Shown piece after piece: positions 9,816 to 19,952 of a stretch of 64,000 bases of DNA (the stretch's first letter is position 1; the number at the start of each line of letters is the position of its first letter). The notes beneath the pieces were generated by a model. That model searched no databases and was not told where the DNA came from. It worked only from the letters and a program-made list of their open reading frames with translations. This DNA comes from Giardia intestinalis (lineage: Eukaryota). The translations under genes and the position numbers were made by a program. The stretch lies in the NCBI GenBank assembly GCA_000002435.2, contig CM018789.1. One strand, written 5' to 3'.

Positions 9816-10890
9816 GTAGCATCCACTTAGGTAGTAAACGCGTCACTGTACAGCCTACTGCTCTTTCACGATGCCAGTAGACCCTCAAAGCCCGGTTTTT
9901 CCTAAGATCTCACCCCTTCTATGCAGCGTGAAAGAGTAGAAAATCCAAAAATAAGCAGCGGGACCGCCCGGCATGTCTACCGCTCTTCTGCCCTGGAGCC
10001 AGCAGACGACGGCCCAGATGCCCCCGTTGTGATCGGGACCTGTGTGAGCCTTCCCGGCGGCGCCCCGGCCTGGCTGGCGCTCTAGTCTCCTCAACCAGCT
10101 CTGCGCGATCCGGCCCCCCGCCGAACCCTGTGGGCCACCGTACTTCTCCGTGCCTCAATAGCGTCCTCGTCGCCCGAGACCGGCCGGGACGCCCTGGCCG
10201 CTGCAGGAGAGGCGCGTCGAGCGATGATCCTCGACCGAGGCCGCCCCCAGCTCCATGGCCATCTGAACGTGCCCGCAGTGGCCGTGCCGCGGCAGTGGAT
10301 TAGCCCGAGGGCGACCCGTGCCGCCCGATCTACGACCCCTGTTTTTGGATTTCTGCGAAGCAAGGCCTAGTTCTGTCATAGGGCGGCTATAGTAATGGTT
10401 AGCATAGCCCGATGGATACAGAGCCGGAGAAGACGCGGACCGGATCTTGTGCTAACTGATGGCGTGCCGTCTACTGTCTACAGCGCAGAGGTGATGCGTA
10501 GACGCACCTGCCCCCGCTATAGGTGGTCCTTGCAGTACCAGACCCGGTAGAGTGGGCTGCCGTCAGGAGCCAGCACAGCGGAGGGCGCCATGTGCCGATA
10601 GGAGCGTGCCCGGTCGCCCCTGGTTACACCGTAAGCGACGCAAGGGCGGGTAGGCGCGGGTCCCACTGTAGCGACACGTGCAAGACACAGCCGCGCGTCA
10701 TCAGGGCCTCAGAGAGCACTGGCTATGATACGGAAGGGCTACAGCCAGCCCGTTCCAAAGAAGGGGAGCCACACAGGCCCGAGGATCACGTCTCCGGAGA
10801 AGGGAAGTTCTGTCCCGGTGGCCGAGATAATGAAAGGGCGATAACTGGAGTGCCCGCTGACCTGAGCCTGAACAGCTCGTGGCACGCATG
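7858..10890. repeat. Left arm of a 9-kb inverted repeat (3,033 bp; VSP-1 codons about 30-681 plus 1.07 kb of 3' flank)
   Basis: Every ORF in this interval, real or spurious, has an exactly identical reverse-strand twin at the mirror position x -> 24763-x. Examples are 9464..9826(-) = 14937..15299(+), 10155..10379(-) = 14384..14608(+), and 10523..10951(+) = 13872..14240(-) up to its divergence point. Direct base comparison of 9781-9900 with the reverse complement of 14863-14982 is identical. Outer edge: perfect identity begins at AAGTGCGAGACGGTC (7858). About 45 bp of diverged but alignable sequence precede it (7815-7857). Inner edge: perfect to about 10890, then about 40 bp with mismatches and a 2-bp indel. 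Confidence 0.9.
9833..9839 (+). promoter_or_regulatory. AGTAAAC polyadenylation signal within a conserved VSP 3' block (ACTTAGGTAGTAAAC)
   Basis: It lies 18 nt after the VSP-1 stop. The same block ACTTAGGTAGTRAAY follows VSP-3 (19896-19911) and VSP-4 (minus strand, 61523-61538). The mirror copy for VSP-2 is at 14924-14930 (minus). Confidence 0.8.
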
Positions 10891-13872
10891 CAAGGCGCTC
10901 ACTCTGGGACACAAGCGGACATCCGGTTCACGGCCTCGTGTGCTCCGCTAGCGGTGGCCTCCCCTTTGGTCCTGCTTCATAGCGGGCGAGGGCGGGCCTT
11001 TGTGTTCGTTTTACAAGGCTTCCACCTGACTCGACGGCAGTAGCCGTTGGCGCTCTGGCTCCACTGGCGGTCCTGATTCGGTGAGAGTCTATCTTGGCAA
11101 TAGGAAGTGGATGAGGCCGTGGCTCGCTATGAGGGAGCGTCGTTATTTGTCTTTGGTCGCTGCTTCCCCTGGGAGCGGATATGTCTTCTGTCACTGTGGC
11201 TCTCTGGAACTAGTGATAGTCGCCTCTGTTGCCCCTCGGTGTCCGTCCAACCGTGGTTCTGGGGTAGCACGCCTTCTCAGTCGCAGTCACTCTGGTCCCA
11301 CAGTGGGTCCAGTTGGTGATTGGAAATAGGCTGACAGGCGGCAGTTGCTGGGTATTCATTGGCTGCCACAGGACAGCGAGGGCCGGACAGAACTCTCGGT
11401 GCCCGCGGGGCCCTCCTGGCGTCTCTGGAGTGGGGAGCCGTCCATCCCATAGGTGGTTGAGAACGTCCTTGTGTCCCTGTCTTCTCACTGTGGTATCCCT
11501 CTGGTTGCTGGATGACACCCACGCCCACCGCCTTGCACTTGTGACGGGCTCTGCTCTGGTCGCCGGGCTGGTCTGATCTCCAGCCTGCGTTGCACTCCCC
11601 GAGACACGGAGGCAACGATCACACAGGGCCCCTAGTTGTCCCTCTGCACCAGTGGAGGAGAGCCCCTGTCTGTTGTCTACAATCATCCCATCCTCAGAGA
11701 GCCTGGCCTGGGCGGGCTGCCGTGCGGGCTCTGAGTGCGCCCAGCAGCACAGCCCTAAAGGTAGCCGGGTGGAGTGAATCATCGTGGGATGCACGTAAGG
11801 AGCGCACAGGTCCGGGGCGCCCGAACAGGCTCAGCCCTCGCACCGGCTCCTCCCCGGCCGCCTCAGTCGCGGCGCTAACAGGAAGACGCGTGTCCTGTTC
11901 GACGACCCGGCACACGGACCGACGGCCGGCGAATGCACATGGCAAGGTGGAATAAAAAGTTTGGAACGTCGGCGCTCGCGCGGATCGGGATGCGGCGTTC
12001 TCCAGGCTGGGAGGCCGTGCGTGCGGGCATTACCTTTAACATGTTCCTCACCACGGCCCCAGGCTGATGGGCGGCCGAGGCCTTGCCAGCGTCACGCACG
12101 CCTCTTGCCGGCATTGGGCCGCTCGGGATCGTACATAGGCAGGGCTGCAGAGGCCTTCCGCGGCTCCTGCGGGCAATAGTCTGCCACGGAGAGCACGCCC
12201 AGCTTGGGAGCTCCTCAGGATCACCGTGCAGATCATCGAGACCGGTTCGACGGGCCCCACGTTGAAGGAGGCGCACGGACCGGCGAGCGTGCCGTCTTTG
12301 CAGGCAGGCCCTCGCTGGCCGGGGTGGCGGGGCTCTCCTGTATCTCCGCCGGAGGACGCCCTATCTACTGGCAGCATTTCCACAGTTGCAACGCTACAGG
12401 GACGGGCTGCAGCTCTTCCGCAGGATCTCGTCGGACAGGCAGTTCGGCGTACTCTCACGTGCACTCGCAGGAGCTCCAGGGGCTGCTCCCCGCCCTCGTA
12501 GAATAGCACCCCGCACGCCCCAAAGCCAAATCGAAATGCAGCAGGTGCAGTCGACTCTTCTCGGGTTGTGGCGCTGATCCAATCAGACGCCGCGGCACGC
12601 CCCGAGCAGGCCTCGTCCAGCAGCGGGTGCTCTAGCCGCGCCCCTGAGGCAAGTCTGCTTCTGACCCCGTCCCTGTGCCGACCCCAGCGAGCCCCCGACG
12701 GCTCCGGAGAAGGAGCGCCTTGCGGAGCCCCCTACTGATCCCTCGGTGCAGGAGGATCCCCGGATTACCGACTTGCGTGCGGCAGGCGGCGGAGCACCCC
12801 AGGCCATCCTTACATCTACATGCCCAGCGAGCGCTGTAGCGGGCCGAGATGAAGCCGCGGGCGCCGATGCCGGGGCGCTGGCCACGGAGGCTGCGGCCCT
12901 ACAACCATGCGACCCCTTGGTTCGCGTTTTAGTTTTTGGGGTCCCAAGTTAGCGCCCCCGGAGCAGCACCGGCTGTACACTGTTCACTGCACTCGGTCGG
13001 TCGCATGGTGTAGCAGCTACGGCTCCTCTAATTACGGCGCTTGATGTGTTTACTACTGGGGGTGCTGCTCTCCGTTCTACGGGGTGGCAGGAGTGCTCCC
13101 GCGTGCACGGTAGTACCAGTGGACGCCCCTCAGCTGCCGGGCCGGAGCAGCTCTTGGATGGGTGGACCTATCTTCCTCCGTGCAGCCGTTCCTCGGGCCT
13201 AGTAGACGTGCTTTGCTGTGTCCCGCAGCCCGGATCCTTGCCTTCAGACGCCAGCACGGAACTCTCTAAATTTGTCCTCCTGCGGCGTCCTATGCTACCA
13301 TGCACACTTCGTTTTCATTAAGCCCTTAGGGTTGCAGTCCAGGACTACCGGCCCCCGCATCATCAGATATGGTTGCTGACTGCGGCCGCTTACGCAGTCG
13401 CAGCTGGTTCCGCACTGCCCCTGTATCGGTAGCCTTGGCCTGCATCGCCGGTGTGCGGCCCACTTTGCTCTGCGGGCATACCACACACAGTTACTAGCCT
13501 CGTGATGTGGTGCACCGCTGGGGCAGATAATAGCAGCAGCAATCCTGCAGCCCCGTGTGGTCGTCTGGCAGTGGATGCGAAGGTTTGCAGGCGGGAGCGG
13601 AGGGCCGGGGCTGCTCTTGCTCACGTCACCGGGCGCCGTGGTCAAGGGCTCCGGAGGCACGCCCAGCCCTCTGCTGGACGAGGATCGATGGGCCGCTCAG
13701 AGCCCCGCAAGCTGCGTCCAGGCTGGTATTAGGTGGCCCAATGACGTGGCGACGGGAGCTGTGAGGCGAGACCTGTCGCGCGCCGAGCGTCGGGCCATTG
13801 CTACACCGACTCCCCGAAGGGACACACTCAGCCCGGGGCCGGATGTCCGCTTGTGCCCCAGCGTGAGCGCCT
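10891..13872. other. Unique GC-rich spacer (about 2.98 kb) at the centre of the VSP palindrome. The symmetry axis is at about 12381/12382
   Basis: No mirrored ORFs were found inside it. The spacer is GC-rich, with overlapping short ORFs in all frames and no recognisable coding signal. Confidence 0.7.
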
Positions 13873-16800
13873 CATGCGTGCCACGAGCTGTTCAGGCTCA
13901 GGTCAGCGGGCACTCCAGTTATCGCCCTTTCATTATCTCGGCCACCGGGACAGAACTTCCCTTCTCCGGAGACGTGATCCTCGGGCCTGTGTGGCTCCCC
14001 TTCTTTGGAACGGGCTGGCTGTAGCCCTTCCGTATCATAGCCAGTGCTCTCTGAGGCCCTGATGACGCGCGGCTGTGTCTTGCACGTGTCGCTACAGTGG
14101 GACCCGCGCCTACCCGCCCTTGCGTCGCTTACGGTGTAACCAGGGGCGACCGGGCACGCTCCTATCGGCACATGGCGCCCTCCGCTGTGCTGGCTCCTGA
14201 CGGCAGCCCACTCTACCGGGTCTGGTACTGCAAGGACCACCTATAGCGGGGGCAGGTGCGTCTACGCATCACCTCTGCGCTGTAGACAGTAGACGGCACG
14301 CCATCAGTTAGCACAAGATCCGGTCCGCGTCTTCTCCGGCTCTGTATCCATCGGGCTATGCTAACCATTACTATAGCCGCCCTATGACAGAACTAGGCCT
14401 TGCTTCGCAGAAATCCAAAAACAGGGGTCGTAGATCGGGCGGCACGGGTCGCCCTCGGGCTAATCCACTGCCGCGGCACGGCCACTGCGGGCACGTTCAG
14501 ATGGCCATGGAGCTGGGGGCGGCCTCGGTCGAGGATCATCGCTCGACGCGCCTCTCCTGCAGCGGCCAGGGCGTCCCGGCCGGTCTCGGGCGACGAGGAC
14601 GCTATTGAGGCACGGAGAAGTACGGTGGCCCACAGGGTTCGGCGGGGGGCCGGATCGCGCAGAGCTGGTTGAGGAGACTAGAGCGCCAGCCAGGCCGGGG
14701 CGCCGCCGGGAAGGCTCACACAGGTCCCGATCACAACGGGGGCATCTGGGCCGTCGTCTGCTGGCTCCAGGGCAGAAGAGCGGTAGACATGCCGGGCGGT
14801 CCCGCTGCTTATTTTTGGATTTTCTACTCTTTCACGCTGCATAGAAGGGGTGAGATCTTAGGAAAAACCGGGCTTTGAGGGTCTACTGGCATCGTGAAAG
14901 AGCAGTAGGCTGTACAGTGACGCGTTTACTACCTAAGTGGATGCTACTTACGCCTTCCCCCGACAGATGAACCACCAGCAGAGGAAGCCGACGAGGCCCC
15001 CGACGACGACGATGGCTGCGACGGAGATGCCAGCGATGGCGCCGGTAGAAAGGCCGCTCTTATTAGTGCCAGAAGACACACACTTACCATTGTCTAGACT
15101 GAACCCATCAGCACACTCTTCACATACGTCATCCATCGTGCAGCTCTTGCAGTTAGCATCAGGGCACGCCACACACCCGGTGCCGCTCTTGCCGGGCTTC
15201 TTGCCGTCCTCGCAGGCCGTGCACGTGGCAACCGCCATGCCGCCATCAGCTCGAGCGTCGGGGGCCGTGCACTGGGAGCACCCCTCCACTCCGACGTAGG
15301 CATTACCGCCTGCAATTGTGCCCAATGGGTTGCCACAAGCCAGCACAGATTGTTCGGCACTTATTGCCTTTGGGACAACGAAGAATCTATTGTTGGCATT
15401 GGGTGTATCACAGACACCTGCTGTTGTTGATTTGGAGCACATATAGCTTCCTGGTACTGTATCAATCTTGTAGCAGCCACCCATGTACAGGAAGAACCCG
15501 GCAGCACAGTAGCTGCAAGTATGATCAGTACACCCAGCATTTGTTCCCTTGTTATCAGTACATAGTCCATCAATGGGGAACTTATTGGTCTCTCCACAGT
15601 ATGAACAGTAATAATGCTCCTTTCCATTAGCATCGATCACTATGGCATCGCAGGCTCCAGACGTCCCCCCACACACAGTAGGGTCCTCGCAGGTCTTCAC
15701 ACATGTATAGTCATCGCCTGCATCTCCATTAGACTGCTTCCTGTAGTTCGCTTTACAATCTGTGCACTTAAATCCACCGTTGCTAGAACATAGACTACAG
15801 CCTTCACGACCACCTTTGGCTGTGTCATCACACGGGACGCACTCTTTTGTTCCACCCTCGGCTTTTAGGAAGTACCCGGGAAGGCACCCTGTACAAGTCG
15901 ATATATCATTGGCTGCGGTACACACTGCACAGTTGTTTCCACAAGACTCACAAATGGCGTCAGCACCAGACCCCTTCAGAACATACCCTTCGAGGCATGT
16001 CTTGCATTCAGGCTTGTTAGCTCCATTCTTAGTACATGTCTTGCACTGCGCTACCCCTTTATTTGGGTCTGACCCGCTGGTATCACTGCATAGCACACAC
16101 ATAGTGTTACCGTCATCTTTAAAGTGATTCTCATCCACACATTCGGATGCAACCGTCACGCACGTTGTGGCGCCGTCGATGGCTGTCTTCACCTTCTTAC
16201 TGTTACCACAGGCTGTGCACTTTGGGCCCCCAGTTGCCGGGTTGTACTCACACGTGGTGCAATCAGTTATTGCAGAATCCTTGCATGTCCTTGTCACTGG
16301 ATCAGCATAAGTGTTTCCATTACAACTACCAGCATCTACGCAAGTGTTAGTATCGGTCTTCAGGTACTTTCCAGCCTTACAAGATGTGCACTGATTATTT
16401 GCTGCGCCACTGCAAGTAGCACAATCGTCATGACACTTTGTGCATGGACCGGACCCATAAAAGCCAGCCTTGCAGGCAGTGCACGCGGCTGCTCCTGTAT
16501 TGCCACCTGGCGCCGTGCACTTGAGACAATTCTCCACTCCCATGACCCCGTTTCTATCTGTAGCATCGGAGCACAGGATGCACTCGTTACCAGGAGTCAC
16601 TGTTGCAGCCGGGTTCTTGAACAGGCCGTTCTTTGTATTACAAGTAGTACATACTCCATTACTGGCTGCTGTGCAGACTTCAGACCACAGGCTCGTCTTG
16701 TAGCACCCGCCCATGAAGAGGAAGTACCCGTCGCCGCACTTCTCGCAGGTTGCTGTCATCTTGTCGAGAGCAGCCCCGTCTGCTTTGGTGCACCCGGCCG

Positions 16801-16905
16801 CCGCGGCCTGGATGGAGCCGAAGGGTCGGCAGAAGCCGTCGACCGGGACGCCTCCGACCTTGCACTCGGTACAAATCTCGGCTGACCCGACCGTCTCGCA
16901 CTTAT
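13873..16905. repeat. Right arm of the inverted repeat (mirror of 7858-10890; VSP-2 codons about 30-681 plus 3' flank)
   Basis: See the left arm. Coordinates map as x -> 24763-x. Diverged homology continues to about 16950. Confidence 0.9.
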
Positions 16906-16993
16906 TGACCTGACAGGTCACTATGTGGTCTCCGTCTTGCTGACAAGGTGCTGCAAAAGAACTCACCACAATATAAAAGGCTGTTAATAACAT
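14948..16993 (-). CDS. Variant-specific surface protein (VSP-2). The mature region is identical to VSP-1, but it has its own 5' end and signal peptide
   Basis: From ...KCETVGSAEICTECK to the CRGKA* tail the protein is identical to VSP-1. The track start at 17035 is a GTG. The first ATG is at 16993-16991 and gives the signal peptide MLLTAFYIVVSSFA. That ATG lies in TCAATGTT. The N-terminal 30 codons and the upstream DNA differ from VSP-1. Confidence 0.92.
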   Translation of the reverse strand: MLLTAFYIVVSSFAAPCQQDGDHIVTCQVNKCETVGSAEICTECKVGGVPVDGFCRPFGSIQAAAAGCTKADGAALDKMTATCEKCGDGYFLFMGGCYKTSLWSEVCTAASNGVCTTCNTKNGLFKNPAATVTPGNECILCSDATDRNGVMGVENCLKCTAPGGNTGAAACTACKAGFYGSGPCTKCHDDCATCSGAANNQCTSCKAGKYLKTDTNTCVDAGSCNGNTYADPVTRTCKDSAITDCTTCEYNPATGGPKCTACGNSKKVKTAIDGATTCVTVASECVDENHFKDDGNTMCVLCSDTSGSDPNKGVAQCKTCTKNGANKPECKTCLEGYVLKGSGADAICESCGNNCAVCTAANDISTCTGCLPGYFLKAEGGTKECVPCDDTAKGGREGCSLCSSNGGFKCTDCKANYRKQSNGDAGDDYTCVKTCEDPTVCGGTSGACDAIVIDANGKEHYYCSYCGETNKFPIDGLCTDNKGTNAGCTDHTCSYCAAGFFLYMGGCYKIDTVPGSYMCSKSTTAGVCDTPNANNRFFVVPKAISAEQSVLACGNPLGTIAGGNAYVGVEGCSQCTAPDARADGGMAVATCTACEDGKKPGKSGTGCVACPDANCKSCTMDDVCEECADGFSLDNGKCVSSGTNKSGLSTGAIAGISVAAIVVVGGLVGFLCWWFICRGKA

Positions 16994-18271
16994 TGAGGCC
17001 CATCGAGGCACTGCTAGCGTAAGCAGACATTTCACCAGTGACTCTATTCTCTAAGTAGCCATTCAGTAACGCACTTGTTAGATATCGCGTCAAAGATGCC
17101 AAAGACCCAAAGAGCTGATCCGGTGCCAACCTTCCCGTTACGACAAAACATAGATTTAGCTATCCTCTCAGATAGCACGTAGCCCGCCCTCTGGCCAGCT
17201 AGTTGAGGACTAGCCTTGCTAGGAGAGTTTCGCGCACAAGAGCATTTCATTGATGGCAGTATCAGTGGCCGCCCTGCGTATCGGCTGGATGATCACCCTC
17301 GGCCACGACTCGAGGAACCGGGCACCCGACCAGAGGCATAGCAACGGTTTGGTTTGTCTACGGCCCTACTACCCCTCGCCAGCAGGGAGCGGGCAGCCCG
17401 AATAGCATCAAGCCTCCCCAGTGTTGCCTCTTCTCTAGTGCGCGGAGGTACCCCTCGTGTCTGGGAGACGCTGTGGTGCGGCTGGCTAGAGCCGGTCAAG
17501 TGGGGAACCACCATTTTAGGGGTGCTGGGACATCATTGCGTGCCCGAAGGCTGTCCACCGTAGCGGAACCATCCCAGATAGGAACAGGTGAGGCACCAGT
17601 TCCTTTAGAGGGGCCTGCGACCGGCGAAGGACGGTCTCTAAAGTGGTCAGTAGGGCCCTTCAGTGCGTGGGAGTCGACAGGGGGCGGGTTCACCAATAGT
17701 CTGTGGTGCAAGCGGGTTGGGTCGTATGACAGACGGCGTCCCTGAGCAGGGGGACAGTCACAGTGCGTCGCGATAGAACGTAGCCATCCTCCACGGGGCA
17801 TCGCTCCTGCCGGGCTTCAACAGTGGAATCTCGGGGGGACAGTGTTCGAGGCATGCACTGGTGACCCGTGGCTCGGGGCTGCTGGACATTGCACGGCTGG
17901 CTCCATCGGGTCGCTGGTCAGGCATTCAGGAGAATCTAGGAGTCCCTTGGCAGACCTTGTGACTGGCACAGCAGGAGAGCTGGTCGCCAGGAAACCCTCA
18001 CATCACAGCGAAGAGCGAAACATGACCGCCGTGTAGCCGTTACTATGGTATGCCTTGCAACACAAGGGAGGAAGCTTACATCGATCGGTCCGTTTCACAG
18101 CCGGCCAGTCACACGAAGGTGGAATCAGCACGGCCCCACCTCTCAACGCAGGCCCACATGAAGGGTAATCTCTGTCAGTGTGTCATACAGCATAGGCAAG
18201 CGTCATGAAAGGGTATAAGCGCGGTAAGTGGAGCTGCCATAACCTTGCGTGACAGGGCTGCGCGGGCCGCA
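16994..18271. promoter_or_regulatory. Divergent (head-to-head) intergenic region shared by VSP-2 and VSP-3, about 1.28 kb and GC-rich
   Basis: VSP-2 starts at 16993 on the minus strand and VSP-3 starts at 18272 on the plus strand. Only short spurious ORFs lie between them. Housekeeping divergent pairs in this window are only 18-56 bp apart. Confidence 0.5.
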
Positions 18272-19894
18272 ATGTTCTATGCATTTTTGCTGACCGGTCT
18301 CGCACTCGAGCTAGTACGGGCAGCGCAAGCCGGAGACGAATGCGAAGAGGTAGCTAGCAGTGAGCCCAACACTTGCAAGGCCTGTAGCGCCGTCGTCAAC
18401 GGCAAGAAATACTGCTCGCAGTGCAACGGCGGTGGGTCTCAATCTGCCCCAACGGACGGAGTGTGCTCAGCAGACAATAACGAGTGTACCCGGAAGCAAG
18501 ATGGGAAGTGCACACAGTGCGCTAATAAGTCCTTCATGTACAAGGGCGGATGCTACAAGGATAGCCAGGCACCTGGCAACACGATGTGTGAAACAGCAAA
18601 TGCTGGAGTGTGCACACAGGCTAAGGAAGGATACTTCCTGCCGCCGGGCACTGATAACGCACACGACTCGGTTGTTTCGTGCGGGGATACAACGGGCGTG
18701 ACGCTTACTGGCGATAAGAAGTACACGGGCGTGGCCGAGTGCGTCACCTGTACTCAGCCAGGGCAACTATCAATTGGTGGCACTAAGGCCGCCATATGCA
18801 CCAAATGTGCCGCAGACCTCTACTTGAAAATAGATAGAGGCGTTATGGAGTGCGTCGCGGAATCAGGATGCGGCGAGGGCTTCTTCCCGACAATCGTCGA
18901 CGGTGTTAAGAAGTGTGCTGGCTGTAGTGAAGCTGGAAGCGGTGGCATAGAAGACTGCGAACTATGCATACCTAGAGCACCTGCTCCTGAAGCAGGAGTC
19001 AAGGTCACCTGCTCTAAGTGTCATGCTAGTAAGAAGGTCAGCCCCCTCAAGGACGAGTGCATGGACAACTGCCCCGCCGGGACATACGACAAGCAAAACG
19101 TCTGCACCCCCTGCCACTCGTCGTGTGCCAGCTGCCAGACCGACGACAAGGAGACCTCCTGCACGGCCTGCTACCCTGGACACTCCCTTCTGTATGAGGC
19201 CAACGGAGCGACTGGGAGGTGCGTCAAGGAATGCACTGGTGCGTTCATTACCAACTGTGCAGACGGGCAGTGCACGGCTGACGTGGGGGGCGCGAAGTAC
19301 TGTGCCCAGTGCAAGGAGGGATATGCCCCAATCGACGGAGTGTGCACAGCAGTAAAAATTGGGAGAGACGCGAGTGTATGCACAGCTGCAAGCGGGAAGT
19401 GCACGGCGTGCACAGGAGCATACGCCCTCATTTCTGGTGGATGCTATGGTGTGGCGAAGCTTCCTGGAAAGGCTGTCTGCACGGCAGCTAACAATGGAGA
19501 GTGCACTACTTGCGCGAACGGACAACAGCCCAGTGGAAAGGTCTGTCCGACATGTCCAGCTGGCTGCTCAAAATGTACAGGAAGTGCTCCTTCACAGCAG
19601 TGTTCGGAGTGCTTCCCGGGATACTATAAGTCCGGAACAAAGTGCGTAGCATGCGACAAGGATGATGGAAGCATTAAAGGCGTACCAAACTGTCTGAGCT
19701 GCAAGGAGCCAGCCAGTTCTTCCGGGGCTGTTACTTGCTATGTCAAGACAGACGGCACTAACAATGGCGGAAGCATGAACAAGAGCGGCCTTTCTACCGG
19801 CGCCATCGCGGGCATCTCCGTCGCTGTCATCGCTGTCGTGGGGGGTCTCGTGGGCTTCCTCTGCTGGTGGTTCATATGTAGAGGGAAGGCATAG
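18272..19894 (+). CDS. Variant-specific surface protein (VSP-3), 540 aa
   Basis: It is cysteine-rich with CXXC and GGCY motifs and the tail NKSGLSTGAIAGISVAVIAVVGGLVGFLCWWFICRGKA*. The track start (18245) is TTG. The first ATG at 18272 gives the signal peptide MFYAFLLTGLALELVRAAQA and lies in GCAATGTT (18269-18276). Stop TAG at 19892-19894. AGTGAAT poly(A) signal at 19905-19911. Confidence 0.92.
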   Translation: MFYAFLLTGLALELVRAAQAGDECEEVASSEPNTCKACSAVVNGKKYCSQCNGGGSQSAPTDGVCSADNNECTRKQDGKCTQCANKSFMYKGGCYKDSQAPGNTMCETANAGVCTQAKEGYFLPPGTDNAHDSVVSCGDTTGVTLTGDKKYTGVAECVTCTQPGQLSIGGTKAAICTKCAADLYLKIDRGVMECVAESGCGEGFFPTIVDGVKKCAGCSEAGSGGIEDCELCIPRAPAPEAGVKVTCSKCHASKKVSPLKDECMDNCPAGTYDKQNVCTPCHSSCASCQTDDKETSCTACYPGHSLLYEANGATGRCVKECTGAFITNCADGQCTADVGGAKYCAQCKEGYAPIDGVCTAVKIGRDASVCTAASGKCTACTGAYALISGGCYGVAKLPGKAVCTAANNGECTTCANGQQPSGKVCPTCPAGCSKCTGSAPSQQCSECFPGYYKSGTKCVACDKDDGSIKGVPNCLSCKEPASSSGAVTCYVKTDGTNNGGSMNKSGLSTGAIAGISVAVIAVVGGLVGFLCWWFICRGKA

Positions 19895-19911
19895 GTACTT
19901 AGGTAGTGAAT

Positions 19912-19952
19912 ACTATGAGTGATGATAGTGGGGTGATAGTGTGATGATAGTG
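19912..19952 (+). repeat. Short minisatellite, three copies of an 11-12 bp unit (g)TGATGATAGTG, joining the VSP-3 3' UTR to a VSP gene fragment
   Basis: Read directly: tatgaGTGATGATAGTGggGTGATAGTGTGATGATAGTGtgat. Confidence 0.7.

Noticed and set aside
9464-9826. ORF MNHQQRKPTRPPTT.MAATEMPAMAPVERPLL... recurs antisense to the 3' end of every VSP (also 14937..15299 and 19738..20016; a related one overlaps VSP-4)
   Set aside because: It is the reverse-complement reading of the conserved TM/CRGKA coding block (GLSTGAIAGISVA...FLCWWFICRGKA). It is conserved only because the sense strand is conserved, so it is not an independent gene.
10375-10382. Single TAGGG (Giardia telomere unit) occurrences
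   Set aside because: They are isolated pentamers and not tandem arrays, so they are not telomeric or subtelomeric repeat tracts.
10370-10460. tRNA-like impression (…GGCGGCTATAGTAATGGTTAGCATAGCC…) inside the palindrome arm
   Set aside because: No T-loop (GTTCRANYC), no 7-bp acceptor pairing and no anticodon stem could be built. It is also exactly mirrored at 14300-14390 as part of the repeat.
6300-14900. Possibility that the GC-rich blocks are rDNA fragments (Giardia rRNA is about 75% GC)
   Set aside because: No universal rRNA signatures were found (for example GTGCCAGCAGCCGCGGTAA or the SSU 5' start CATCCGGTCGATCCTGCC), and there is no long-range resemblance to SSU/LSU structure.
19912-19952. 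GTGATGA (box C-like) motifs in the minisatellite suggested a C/D snoRNA
   Set aside because: There is no downstream CUGA box D and no terminal stem. The motif is simply the repeat unit.
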